IMG/VR virus record: IMGVR_UViG_3300014205_000170
Location: 352,001-416,000 of that record
Strand: one strand, 5' to 3'
Origin: a virus
Taxonomy: Duplodnaviria > Caudoviricetes
Length of the DNA stretch: 64,000 nucleotides
Shown here piece after piece: positions 8,677-18,317 of this stretch. Position numbers and translations under genes: made by a program. The notes under the pieces were generated by a model. That model had not been told where the DNA came from and made no database searches. It saw only the letters and a list, made by a program, of their open reading frames with translations. Each line of letters starts with the position of its first letter. The first letter of the stretch is position 1.

Positions 8677-9492
8677 TTATTCTGATTTTGTTATATCGTT
8701 TATAGACGTTTCTCCGTTTAATACTTTCTCAGTATCTTTATCTATAATATCTGCAAACTCTATTTCACAAAACGTGCCACAATCCGGTAAAATAGGAGCT
8801 TCATGTCTTCCTTCTTCCGGACCCAGTTCGTCAAGGAATTTATTTTTGATACAACTGCGACCTATTTTTCTTTCCAATTTTGCCATTTTATCAAAATGTT
8901 CAGGAAAATGTTTTCTTACTTGATTTGCATATCCTTTGCCGCCCTTAACACACATAATACAATTATTATTATGAAATCCTAATTTGTACATTGTGGGCAA
9001 TTCAATACCATTATTTAATAAAATACCGGCACATTGCTCTTTGGTTAATTTAGAATCAATTAAAGGAAAAACAGGGTTTGTATGAGGGTATTGTTGAGAG
9101 AATCGAATAGCTCTATTTATCTCCTTTTTTTCAAATTCAAAACCGAATACTTGATTCTCAAAATTTGCTATTTCTTTTTCAACGGCAACTCGCACATCTT
9201 TTTTTAATTCTTTTGTACATCTTGCTCCGCCGGGCCCATTCACATATCTCGTTTTTTCAATAACATCAAATTGGTCTTTGTATTTTGAAGACCTACGACG
9301 TTCTACCGGTAATCCAATCCATTTTTCACAATCAGCTATAAAACGCGCATTATCTTCGTGGGCTGAATCTATTTCAAAATATACTAAAACTACATTGTCT
9401 TTACCATATTTATCTACTGCTAATTTACAAGCTACTGCGCTGGTGATACCACAGCTGAACCAACCTATTATTTTTTTATTTTTAATTTCCAT
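8677..9492 (-). CDS. PAPS-reductase-like PP-loop (adenine nucleotide alpha hydrolase) Cys-rich protein
   Basis: WFSCGITSA PP-loop, ARCTKELK, HNNNCIMCVKGG, DCGTFC. Confidence 0.8.
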   Translation of the reverse strand: MEIKNKKIIGWFSCGITSAVACKLAVDKYGKDNVVLVYFEIDSAHEDNARFIADCEKWIGLPVERRRSSKYKDQFDVIEKTRYVNGPGGARCTKELKKDVRVAVEKEIANFENQVFGFEFEKKEINRAIRFSQQYPHTNPVFPLIDSKLTKEQCAGILLNNGIELPTMYKLGFHNNNCIMCVKGGKGYANQVRKHFPEHFDKMAKLERKIGRSCIKNKFLDELGPEEGRHEAPILPDCGTFCEIEFADIIDKDTEKVLNGETSINDITKSE

Positions 9493-10076
9493 TACTTATT
9501 TTTATGTATGCTAAAATCTAACTTCCCTTTTAATAAATCTGTATTTGCTATTTTTTCAGAGATTTTCATCATTTCATTAAACAATTCATTGTCCTCTTTA
9601 TCTTTTAGAGAATAGTTACAATCTCTATCTAAACAATTGGCGGTATGAAGATTTAACTCTATTGAGGTAAAACTCTTTTTATTATTATAATTTAAATTTT
9701 CAGGAAATTCATGTATATAAATATTATCATAATATAAAGGAAACAGTTTATTATTCTCAAGAATAGATTTTAGATGTATTTTATAAATATCTTTTAGTTC
9801 TTTTGAATAGTGCCTAGAGATGGTTTTATCGAAATTATCGCATATATCACCTCTATCTTTAATGTCAACCCAGAAAGTCACATTGATATATACGGTTTGA
9901 GGTCTGTTCTTATCCTCCGCTGTCCCTAGCCTAAAACAAATGTTAGGGTTTTTAAATTTAGACCCGTCGATTTTTATCTCTCTTCCTGGCCTTTCGTTTT
10001 TCTTTGTATGAGTTGATACTTCATATTCATTCATAATTTTTTTTGGTTCAACAATAAGTGAATTACCTAATTTCAA
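9492..10076 (-). CDS. hypothetical protein
   Basis: 194 aa ORF; its stop overlaps the next start. Confidence 0.7.
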   Translation of the reverse strand: MKLGNSLIVEPKKIMNEYEVSTHTKKNERPGREIKIDGSKFKNPNICFRLGTAEDKNRPQTVYINVTFWVDIKDRGDICDNFDKTISRHYSKELKDIYKIHLKSILENNKLFPLYYDNIYIHEFPENLNYNNKKSFTSIELNLHTANCLDRDCNYSLKDKEDNELFNEMMKISEKIANTDLLKGKLDFSIHKNK

Positions 10077-10183
10077 ATCTAAAGGGTTTTTATCTGAAAG
10101 TCAATATCTTCCTAGGTCAAAATAAATCTGGGGGTTTTACTAAAAATCTATTAAAATAAATTATGATATCACTTTATTTGTGT

Positions 10184-10191
10184 TATATTTG
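10184..10191 (+). promoter_or_regulatory. Bacteroidota -7 element upstream of dnaE
   Basis: TATATTTG 23 nt before the ATG. Confidence 0.6.
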
Positions 10192-10214
10192 TAACACAAA
10201 AAACACAAACACTT

Positions 10215-13200
10215 ATGGCTAGATGTACCTGTAAAAACGAAGGATGTATGCATAAAAAACCTATGGTTCATTTACACTTACACACCGGCTATTCTCTTTT
10301 GGATGGAGCAGCACATATTGATGATTATATCGAATTAGCAAAAGAATATAATCATCCAGCAATTACTATTTTGGACCACGGACATGCTTCTGGAACTTTT
10401 GAATTTTTTACAAAATGTAAAAATGCAGGAATAAAACCAGTTCTTGGAATGGAAGCTTATGTAAATGATAAAATCTCAGAAATAAATGATGATAAAAGTT
10501 TACAAGGAATTGAAAGAAAAGATACACATCAATCGATTATTATTAAAAATCAAGAAGGTTTTGTTAATTTAAATAAACTGATTTACAAATCTTTCACAGA
10601 AGGATATTATTATCGTGGTCGAATTACAACAGAATGGCTTATAGATAATAAAAGTGGTTTATTACTTACTACTAGTTGTATGGCAAGTAAATTGGCCAGA
10701 CTTGTAAATGAGGGTAAAGAAAAAGAAGCAGAGGAAAGACTACAACTTTTAATGCGAGAATTTGGTGATGACCTTGTGGCTGAATTACAATTTAATGAAA
10801 TTCCAGAACAAAAAAAATATAATCATTTTATTTTAAAAATGATTAAAAAATATTCTTTAATGCCGATTCTTACCGGTGATGTTCATTACGCTTACCCAGA
10901 AGACAATCGATTACAAGATGTTTTAATCTCTATTAATCAACATACAACTGTTGATGACCCAACAGCATTTAAATTAAATGCTAGGCATCTTTATTATGCG
11001 AATAGAGATGATTTTTATAAAATGAATAAAGACTTTGGTTTTAATTATCCAGAACATTTTTTACAAGAATGTTTAGATAATACATTAAAAGTGGCAGAAA
11101 AATGTAATTTTGAATTTGAGACTGGTGTTGAAAAATTTCCTCAATACGAACCAACAAAAGATGTCGTAGATTATTTTAAAGTAGACACAACAAAAGGAAT
11201 TATCACAAAATTGGCACATGCAAAATTAAGTCAAAAATTAAAAATATATCAAAAAAATGGTCTTGTAAAAATTGATGATGAAGTAATACAAAAATATAAA
11301 GATAGACTTGATTATGAATTGAAAGTAATTGATGACAAAAAGATGTTAGATTACTTTATGGTTATTTGGGAATTAATCAGATTTTGTAAAGAAAATGATA
11401 TTGCGGTTGGACCAGGTAGAGGCTCTGCAGCAGGTTCTTTATTATCGTGGTGTTTAGATATTACTAAAATAGATTCATTAAGATTTAATCTATTTTTTGA
11501 AAGATTTTTAAATCCAGAAAGAAAAGGTTTTCCTGATATTGATATTGATTTTGAAGCTGGAACTGATGAAAAAACCTTACAGTTTTTATATGATAAATAC
11601 GGAAAAGAGCGCGTTGTACCAGTAATAACTTTTGGAACATTCAATGAAAAAGGTTGTTTAAAAGATGTAGTTCGTGCATTAGGTGGGGATTCTGGTTTTG
11701 AATCAGATGTTTTTGCAGTTACAAAAGAAATGCCTACAAAACCAACTTGGGATATTTCTCTTGAGGAGTGGTTTGAAACTTGGCCAAATAGTCCAGAATG
11801 TTCTGAGCGAGTGAAACAATGGTTAACAAATCCTGACAATGAAGAAATTTTAAGATTAACTTTAAAATTACAAGGTCAGATTCGAAACGTAGGAAAACAT
11901 GCCGCTGGAATAGTTATTACCCCTGGACCTATTTGGGAAAGTATGCCAGTGAATATTTCTAAAGGACAAATCGTATCAGGATTTCAAGAATCAGGAAGTG
12001 GAAAGAATCTTTCAGACCTTGGAATTTTAAAGTTAGATAGATTGAAATTAGAAACATTAAATGTAATCAAGGACGCTATTAAACTTATTAAAGAAACAAG
12101 AGGAATAGATATTCAAGAACAAGTTGATTACGTTAATTTAGAAGACCCTAATTTGTTTTTAGAATTAATGTTAGGAAATAACCAAGGAGTATTTCAATTT
12201 GAGTCAGAAGGAATGAATGCTTTAATTCGAGGCATTAAAGTAGAAACTTTTAATGAATTGGTTGCTGCAAATGCTTTATATCGTCCAGGTCCAATGGGAA
12301 TTGGTGCACATGAAGAATTTATTAGAAATAAATTTAATCCTAACTTAAGAACATATGCTCACGATTCTTTAGCACCTCTTTTGGCTGACACAAATGGCGT
12401 TTTGATTTTTCAAGAACAACTAATGTTTATTGCAAACAATTTAGCAGGAATGACATTGGGAGAAGGTGATAACTTAAGAAAATACATGGATTCTGCTGGA
12501 AAAATAATAGCAAAAAAGCTGCGTGGAGAACAATTATCAGAGGATGAATTAAAAAACAAAAATTACAAAGGTTACGTTGAATTGTGGACCAAATTTATCG
12601 AAGGAGCTAAGAAACAAGGACTATCAGAAAAAGAAGTAGCTGCTATTGAAGATTGGTTAATTAAATATTTAGGATATTCATTTAATTTAAGTCATGCTTT
12701 AAGCTATAGTTACGTTGCAATGCAAACTTTATTTTTAAAGCATTATTATCCAACTGAGTTTTATACAGCGTTATTAAATCATCCTAAAAACAACAGTGAT
12801 AAAGACAAGGAAAAACAATGGTTACAAGCAGCACTTTTATCCGCTATGTCAAAAGGAATCGAAATTGTTCCTCCGGCAAGACAATCAAAATGGGCATGGA
12901 CCTTTATTGAAGATAAAAGAATTGCTATGGGATTTTCTGGTATTAATGGAATGGGAGAGATTGCATATCATGAATTAAAATCTAAGAAAATTTCAAACTT
13001 AAACAAAGACGAATTTTTTGCAATACCATTTAAGAAATTTAATAAAGGTAGTTTTGAAGCATGTTTAAAGGCGGGATTATTTGATGATTGGTCAGATTCT
13101 AGAGAAGAAATTTTAGAATGGAGAAAAGCTAAATTGAAAAACGTCATGCAGTTAGACATTTTTGGTAACCATGGTGTAAATACAGTAACTGTTTATAGAA

Positions 13201-13595
13201 AGTTTCAAAAAACTTTAGATGATGTAAAACAACAACAATTTTTAGATGTATGTAATCTAGATTTAAAATTATTAAGAAAAATACATAATTTAAGAAAAGA
13301 ATTCGTTAAGGAATATGGATTAGAAGTAGAACCGGTTACGAATTTTAGTGATGAAAAAAATTATTATTATTTTTGTTTAAATAGAATTGAAGAGAAATTA
13401 ACTAAAAAGAATACAAAAATGTATATTTTACATTTATCAGATGGAGCTACTGTAAAAAAGGTAGTTATGTGGGATAGAATGTATAAAAGTTTAGCTAATA
13501 AATTACAAAAGGATAGTATATATTTAACTAAATTTATAAAAGATAAAGGATGGCTTTCTTTTAATGCAAGTGCAGAATTTAGAAAAGTGTTTTAA
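10215..13595 (+). CDS. dnaE: DNA polymerase III alpha subunit (family C)
   Basis: PHP domain HLHLHTGYSLLDG, GPGRGSAAGSL, FERFLNPER, PDIDIDF, HAAG, FQFES, RPGP, C-terminal OB fold. Confidence 0.97.
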   Translation: MARCTCKNEGCMHKKPMVHLHLHTGYSLLDGAAHIDDYIELAKEYNHPAITILDHGHASGTFEFFTKCKNAGIKPVLGMEAYVNDKISEINDDKSLQGIERKDTHQSIIIKNQEGFVNLNKLIYKSFTEGYYYRGRITTEWLIDNKSGLLLTTSCMASKLARLVNEGKEKEAEERLQLLMREFGDDLVAELQFNEIPEQKKYNHFILKMIKKYSLMPILTGDVHYAYPEDNRLQDVLISINQHTTVDDPTAFKLNARHLYYANRDDFYKMNKDFGFNYPEHFLQECLDNTLKVAEKCNFEFETGVEKFPQYEPTKDVVDYFKVDTTKGIITKLAHAKLSQKLKIYQKNGLVKIDDEVIQKYKDRLDYELKVIDDKKMLDYFMVIWELIRFCKENDIAVGPGRGSAAGSLLSWCLDITKIDSLRFNLFFERFLNPERKGFPDIDIDFEAGTDEKTLQFLYDKYGKERVVPVITFGTFNEKGCLKDVVRALGGDSGFESDVFAVTKEMPTKPTWDISLEEWFETWPNSPECSERVKQWLTNPDNEEILRLTLKLQGQIRNVGKHAAGIVITPGPIWESMPVNISKGQIVSGFQESGSGKNLSDLGILKLDRLKLETLNVIKDAIKLIKETRGIDIQEQVDYVNLEDPNLFLELMLGNNQGVFQFESEGMNALIRGIKVETFNELVAANALYRPGPMGIGAHEEFIRNKFNPNLRTYAHDSLAPLLADTNGVLIFQEQLMFIANNLAGMTLGEGDNLRKYMDSAGKIIAKKLRGEQLSEDELKNKNYKGYVELWTKFIEGAKKQGLSEKEVAAIEDWLIKYLGYSFNLSHALSYSYVAMQTLFLKHYYPTEFYTALLNHPKNNSDKDKEKQWLQAALLSAMSKGIEIVPPARQSKWAWTFIEDKRIAMGFSGINGMGEIAYHELKSKKISNLNKDEFFAIPFKKFNKGSFEACLKAGLFDDWSDSREEILEWRKAKLKNVMQLDIFGNHGVNTVTVYRKFQKTLDDVKQQQFLDVCNLDLKLLRKIHNLRKEFVKEYGLEVEPVTNFSDEKNYYYFCLNRIEEKLTKKNTKMYILHLSDGATVKKVVMWDRMYKSLANKLQKDSIYLTKFIKDKGWLSFNASAEFRKVF

Positions 13596-14168
13596 TTATT
13601 TTTTATTTTTCTTTTTCTTGTCTCCTAAAATTAAACTTTGTAAAGCGTCTAATTTTTTGCTTACTGCAGTATGTATATTGTCTGGAACTATTTTCAACAC
13701 ATGTAAATTTTCAAAAATACTTACAATTAAAGTTGCGATAAAGCCTCCGTATAATATTCCAGGTAACCAACTATAAAAAGAACTAAATTTTGCTACATTG
13801 GAAGCTACTGCTAAAAGAGTAGTGTAGGTTATCATAATAACTAATATTCTTGGTAATCTAGCACTAGAAAATGTACGATTTTTAATAGCTTTTAAAATAC
13901 CCGTAGCTGCATCGAATAAAATTAAAAACAACATAAAATACACTGCATTGGCATCGCTCCAGATATAATTACTGATAAATGTTGTCATTACTGCTACAAA
14001 AGAAGCACAACCATTAAATGCTGCTTGTTTTAATCCTAATGTTGTTTGCATATATTCATGCCAGTTTGCATACCCAAATATAAGGTGGTTATCTTTTTGC
14101 ATATCAAGATTTTTATCGTTAAATTTGCTTAACTCAACGGATGTTTTTGTCGTTTCTAACATTTTCAT
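13596..14168 (-). CDS. phage holin family protein (holin_4-like)
   Basis: Several TM segments; 'LILFDAATGILKAIK...FSS' and 'SIFENL' motifs; basic C-terminus; ATG at 14168 preferred. Confidence 0.8.
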   Translation of the reverse strand: MKMLETTKTSVELSKFNDKNLDMQKDNHLIFGYANWHEYMQTTLGLKQAAFNGCASFVAVMTTFISNYIWSDANAVYFMLFLILFDAATGILKAIKNRTFSSARLPRILVIMITYTTLLAVASNVAKFSSFYSWLPGILYGGFIATLIVSIFENLHVLKIVPDNIHTAVSKKLDALQSLILGDKKKKNKK

Positions 14169-14205
14169 CGGTTTAAAATAATTAGACAAAAAAAATATAA
14201 ATTCT

Positions 14206-14529
14206 ATGGAAAAAGCTAAATTTACGTACATTAAAGATGATGGTACAACCTCAGAAAGACAAATTCTACGCCCTTCCTTCTTAAAGGAGTCAACAAACTC
14301 ATTAAAACAGTTTGATAAAGAGGATGTAAAATATGTACGCGGTTATGAATTAAATCAAGCCGGTTTATCTGAATCAGAAATCGAAAAATATGAAGAAGTT
14401 TTAGAAGATTATTATGATTTAGCAATACCAACCATTCAAGAATATTTTAAAGAACAAGGATTGGATGCTTCAAAATTGATGGAAAAATCTTTTAAAAAAA
14501 ATAACATAAGGGATTTTAAAACATTGTAG
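14206..14529 (+). CDS. hypothetical protein, possible WYL/Sm-like beta barrel
   Basis: KFTYIKDDGTTSERQI...KSFKKNNI pattern. Confidence 0.5.
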   Translation: MEKAKFTYIKDDGTTSERQILRPSFLKESTNSLKQFDKEDVKYVRGYELNQAGLSESEIEKYEEVLEDYYDLAIPTIQEYFKEQGLDASKLMEKSFKKNNIRDFKTL

Positions 14530-14891
14530 TGCAATCAAGGTTTGTAATAACAGAATTTTTCAGAAAACCTGATTGTGATAATGGTATTGTTGCTTTGTGG
14601 TATTATAAAAACACGAATATTGTAAAGCGAGAAATTATTTTCGAGGGAAGTAAATTTTTTTGTGATACATTTTACGATTCATTAGGTAAGCGTCATAGAA
14701 ATAACGATGAACCAGCCATGGTTTATTCAGATGGACATATGCAATGGTATAATCATGGAGATAGACATAGAGGTCATTTTAAACCAGCAATTATAAGAGA
14801 AAACGGAGAGTGTGAATATTGGGTATATGGAGAGTTGAGATTTAAAACAGGGTCAAAAAATGTTTATGAAAATTATCTAAATGTTGGATAA
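14529..14891 (+). CDS. HR-xx-PA beta-hairpin repeat protein
   Basis: GKRHRNNDEPAMV...WYNHGDRHRGHFKPAII...YW repeats. Confidence 0.7.
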   Translation: MQSRFVITEFFRKPDCDNGIVALWYYKNTNIVKREIIFEGSKFFCDTFYDSLGKRHRNNDEPAMVYSDGHMQWYNHGDRHRGHFKPAIIRENGECEYWVYGELRFKTGSKNVYENYLNVG

Positions 14892-14934
14892 CATCCACAA
14901 TTACGAGATTTTTGTGGATATTATACAACATTTA
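14878..14934. repeat. 23-bp inverted repeat (2 mismatches, 11-nt spacer)
   Basis: TAAATGTTGGATAACATCCACAA (14878-14900) and TTGTGGATATTATACAACATTTA (14912-14934). Confidence 0.8.
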
Positions 14935-14966
14935 TAAAAAAAAAATGAATTCCCTATTTATTAGGG

Positions 14967-15419
14967 ATGGCAAAGAAAAAGACAGCAGCTTCTATTTTAA
15001 AAAGAATTAAAAGGGCCGCAAAAATAAAATCCAGAACAAAAGCTCAAAAAGACGCTTACATCCAAGGAATGGCAAAAAGTATGGATAAGAATCCAACAGC
15101 GCCAGAAAAATCTTTTAAAGAACTTTTAGAAGAACTCAATATTAAGTATGAAACACAAAAAATTGTTGGAGGTAAAATCTATGATTTTTATATTCCTTCA
15201 AAAAACATGTTAATAGAGGTTGATGGTAACTACTGGCATGCAAAAGATAAGGAAATTAAAGATATGTCTTTGGTTCAAAAAAAAATCTTTTACAATGATT
15301 TAAAAAAGAATGTTATAGCAAAAAATTCTGGTTATGATATTGAAAGAGTTTGGGAAAATGAGATTTTAGAGGAGTATGAAAAAACTAAATTTAAATTCAA
15401 ATATTTGTTGTCGGATTAA
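14967..15419 (+). CDS. DUF559/Vsr-like endonuclease
   Basis: PTAPEK, YDFYI, IEVDGNYWH, RVWENEI. Confidence 0.88.
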   Translation: MAKKKTAASILKRIKRAAKIKSRTKAQKDAYIQGMAKSMDKNPTAPEKSFKELLEELNIKYETQKIVGGKIYDFYIPSKNMLIEVDGNYWHAKDKEIKDMSLVQKKIFYNDLKKNVIAKNSGYDIERVWENEILEEYEKTKFKFKYLLSD

Positions 15420-15883
15420 TTGTAAATTATAAAATTGTCTATATTAAGAGTTATAGTTAAAGTCACACGCTCTAATTCTTTCTTCTTTTTCTCTACACAA
15501 ACAATTCTTTTTATACTGTCATTTTGTAGTTGGTATTCTAAATCATTATCAATAAATGAATCTGTTTTAATAGCAGTAGGATATACACCCTCTAGTGCAT
15601 ATGCTATTTGGTTTCCTCTTACTATAATATTTTTTTTAGTACCATATGGTATTTGACCATAACTATACGCCCATTCAAAAAAATTATCACAATACTTATC
15701 ATAATAATGTATAAAAGTGAATTCAATAGGTTCAAAAACATGTCTACTAACATGTCTATTTCTGTTATTTGGAAAATAAACCTCATGAACTTCTGTTTTA
15801 ATTGAAGGAGTATCAATTAATGCTCTAAATGAATATAGAGTTTCTTCAAATGGTATTGTTATTTCTGCAACAATTTTTCTCAT
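15416..15883 (-). CDS. degenerate tail-tube (gp19-like) paralog
   Basis: PSIKTEVHEVYF...FEPIEFTF...FFEW...KKNIIV...YALEGVYPT. Confidence 0.55.
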   Translation of the reverse strand: MRKIVAEITIPFEETLYSFRALIDTPSIKTEVHEVYFPNNRNRHVSRHVFEPIEFTFIHYYDKYCDNFFEWAYSYGQIPYGTKKNIIVRGNQIAYALEGVYPTAIKTDSFIDNDLEYQLQNDSIKRIVCVEKKKKELERVTLTITLNIDNFIIYN

Positions 15884-16392
15884 GTTAATGTGGCCCTGTC
15901 AAATGATAATTTTAAATTATAATTTATATCTTTTAGTTTATGACCTTTTTTTTCAAATAATATTTTTCTCCTAAGTGTATTTTTATTTAAAATAATTTTA
16001 TCATATACATCTTGTGCATTTGTATTGTCAAGGTATAATTCTTCTATAATTGTTCCGTGTAAAGTCCATTTTTTAGTAACTTCACCAATTGGGTTAATGA
16101 CTTTTATCGAAATTATTTTTTTACAATTATTTTCACTCATTCTTTCAGCAGATGTTTCAACATAATTATTTAACCATTCCCCAAGAAATTTTTGTTTTTT
16201 ATATTCAACATCAATAAATTTAATTTCTATATTATCCCAATTATATTTTGTAGGTGTCCAGCAATTTATAAAATAAGGCATTTCTTCTTCATCACATGTT
16301 ATTTTAGGTTGCTCATTTAAACGACATTCAAAATCAACAATACCAAATTCGTTTGGAATTTCTAGAATGGTCCTCATCGATAGTTTCTTCAT
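15880..16392 (-). CDS. degenerate tail-tube (gp19-like) paralog
   Basis: QPKIT...KYNWDNIEIKFID...EWL...KKIISIKVINPIGEVTKKWTLHGT...LSFDRA; ATG at 16392 preferred. Confidence 0.65.
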   Translation of the reverse strand: MKKLSMRTILEIPNEFGIVDFECRLNEQPKITCDEEEMPYFINCWTPTKYNWDNIEIKFIDVEYKKQKFLGEWLNNYVETSAERMSENNCKKIISIKVINPIGEVTKKWTLHGTIIEELYLDNTNAQDVYDKIILNKNTLRRKILFEKKGHKLKDINYNLKLSFDRATLT

Positions 16393-16496
16393 TACTTTAA
16401 ATTTATACAATACTTTACTTTTATGCAATAGTATGTTAATTTTCAAGAACCCAAAAAATTTCTTAATACTATCTATTAATATAAAAACATACAAAA

Positions 16497-17393
16497 ATGA
16501 GCGAAAATAATAACCAAGCTATTAATTTAGGGAGTAAAAAAGTGGACGACACCAATACGACACACACCCCAAATGTTTCATCTAAAATGGAATATGCTAA
16601 ACAAATGTCAGAAAACTCAGGTATTCCAGCTGAATTTGTGGATACGGAGTTTATGGTTCCAACAGATGAAATTGAATTACCATCTCAAGGGAAATATTAC
16701 CCTAACAATCAAAAATCTGTTAAAGTACAATATCTAACAGCGGAAGATGAAAATATTTTAACAAGTCCTGAACTTATAAAAAATGGTAGAGTATTAGACG
16801 TTTTGTTGGAACATGCTATTATTGACAAAGGATTACGACCAGAAGATATGCTTATAGGGGACAAGAACGCCATTCTATTGGCTTTACGTTCTACAGGTTA
16901 TGGAGATGATTATGAAGTTAAAATGAGCTGTCCTGAGTGTACAGAACAATATCCGACAAAAGTTAAATTGTCATCCTTAAAACATAAAGGAATGAGTATA
17001 GAACCAGACCAAAATGGAGAATTTTTAGTGGAGCTTCCAAAAATGAAAGCTCAAGTTAAATTTAGACTTTTAACCGGTAAAGATGAAAACTATTTGAATA
17101 AAAAAGTAGAGTCTGTAAAAAAACTAAAGAAAAATACAGGAACTTCTAATTTACTTACAGAAAGGTTCATTTTGCAATTAATGGAATTTAATGGAAACCG
17201 AGATAAAATTTACATTAGTAATGCTATTTCAAAAATGCCAATTGCTGATAGTTATTATTTAAGAGAATATATCGGAATTGTAGAACCAGGAGTTGATATG
17301 GAAACAGAATTTGAATGTAAACATTGTGGTCATGTTTATGAAGATGTTGTGCCTATAACAGCAAAATTATTCTGGCCAAATGCAAAAATTTAA
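16497..17393 (+). CDS. baseplate hub/tail assembly chaperone, T4 gp26-like
   Basis: IELPSQGKYYP, LTAEDENILTS, YGDDY, CPEC, FRLLTGKDE, CKHCG, terminal LFWP. Confidence 0.85.
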   Translation: MSENNNQAINLGSKKVDDTNTTHTPNVSSKMEYAKQMSENSGIPAEFVDTEFMVPTDEIELPSQGKYYPNNQKSVKVQYLTAEDENILTSPELIKNGRVLDVLLEHAIIDKGLRPEDMLIGDKNAILLALRSTGYGDDYEVKMSCPECTEQYPTKVKLSSLKHKGMSIEPDQNGEFLVELPKMKAQVKFRLLTGKDENYLNKKVESVKKLKKNTGTSNLLTERFILQLMEFNGNRDKIYISNAISKMPIADSYYLREYIGIVEPGVDMETEFECKHCGHVYEDVVPITAKLFWPNAKI

Positions 17394-17399
17394 AAACTT

Positions 17400-18317
17400 G
17401 TGAAACCAACACCAAAATTATTAAAAGTCCCATTTGATGAAATTTTTCTACCATCTATGGGGCTTTTTTATGAAAAAAATTATAGTCATTTAAAAGTAAG
17501 AGAATTAAATGGTCATGATGAAATATTATTAGCATCCCCATTTTTCTCTCATAATGGACATGCAATTAAACTATTATTTAATAATATCATATTAGATTGT
17601 CAATTGAATTATGAAGACCTTCTTATTTGTGATAGAGATGCTATATTGTTGTATTTACGTTCTTCCACTTATGGTGATGAGGTTGAAATGGATTTTAAAT
17701 GCCCAGAGTGTAGCACGGAAGCTAAAGGTACTTTTCGTATTTCATCAGTAGAAGCAAAAGAATTAAAAGTTCCACCTAATGAAATGGGAGAGTTCGAATT
17801 TTTACTACCTTCTAGTTTGTCTTCTGAAAATATAATACAAATAAATTTTACTCCTTTAAAAGTTTCTCAAAGTCATATGATTAAAGATAGACAGTTAATG
17901 AGTCGCTATATGACACAGATAACTTCTATTAATGAAAATAATGATAAACAATATATTTTCAATTTTCTTAAAAAAATGAGGATTAATGATTCTAAGTGTT
18001 TAAGGGAATTTATGGATAAGGTTGAGCCTGGGTTTGAGGAAATGACCATGCACACATGTAATGCATGTGGTCACGTTATAAAAGACTTAATTAGAATCGA
18101 TGAATCTTTTATGAACTTACCACCAAATCATAGAAATTCAGTAAATGAAGAATGTTTTTTGGCATATTATTATGGAAAAGGTGTTACAAGAGCACAAGCT
18201 TATCAAATGTCAGTGATAGATAGAAAATGGACAATTAATAGAATTTCTCAAGAAATTGAAAAACAAAATAAAGCAGAACAAGAAGCTGTATCGAAAGCTA
18301 AGAAATCAAGAAAGTAA
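17400..18317 (+). CDS. second gp26-like chaperone paralog with fused C-terminal gp51/T-like extension
   Basis: LPSMGLFY, DRDAILLYLRSSTYG, CPEC, CNACG, then YYGKGVTRAQAYQMSVIDRKW. Confidence 0.8.
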   Translation: MKPTPKLLKVPFDEIFLPSMGLFYEKNYSHLKVRELNGHDEILLASPFFSHNGHAIKLLFNNIILDCQLNYEDLLICDRDAILLYLRSSTYGDEVEMDFKCPECSTEAKGTFRISSVEAKELKVPPNEMGEFEFLLPSSLSSENIIQINFTPLKVSQSHMIKDRQLMSRYMTQITSINENNDKQYIFNFLKKMRINDSKCLREFMDKVEPGFEEMTMHTCNACGHVIKDLIRIDESFMNLPPNHRNSVNEECFLAYYYGKGVTRAQAYQMSVIDRKWTINRISQEIEKQNKAEQEAVSKAKKSRK

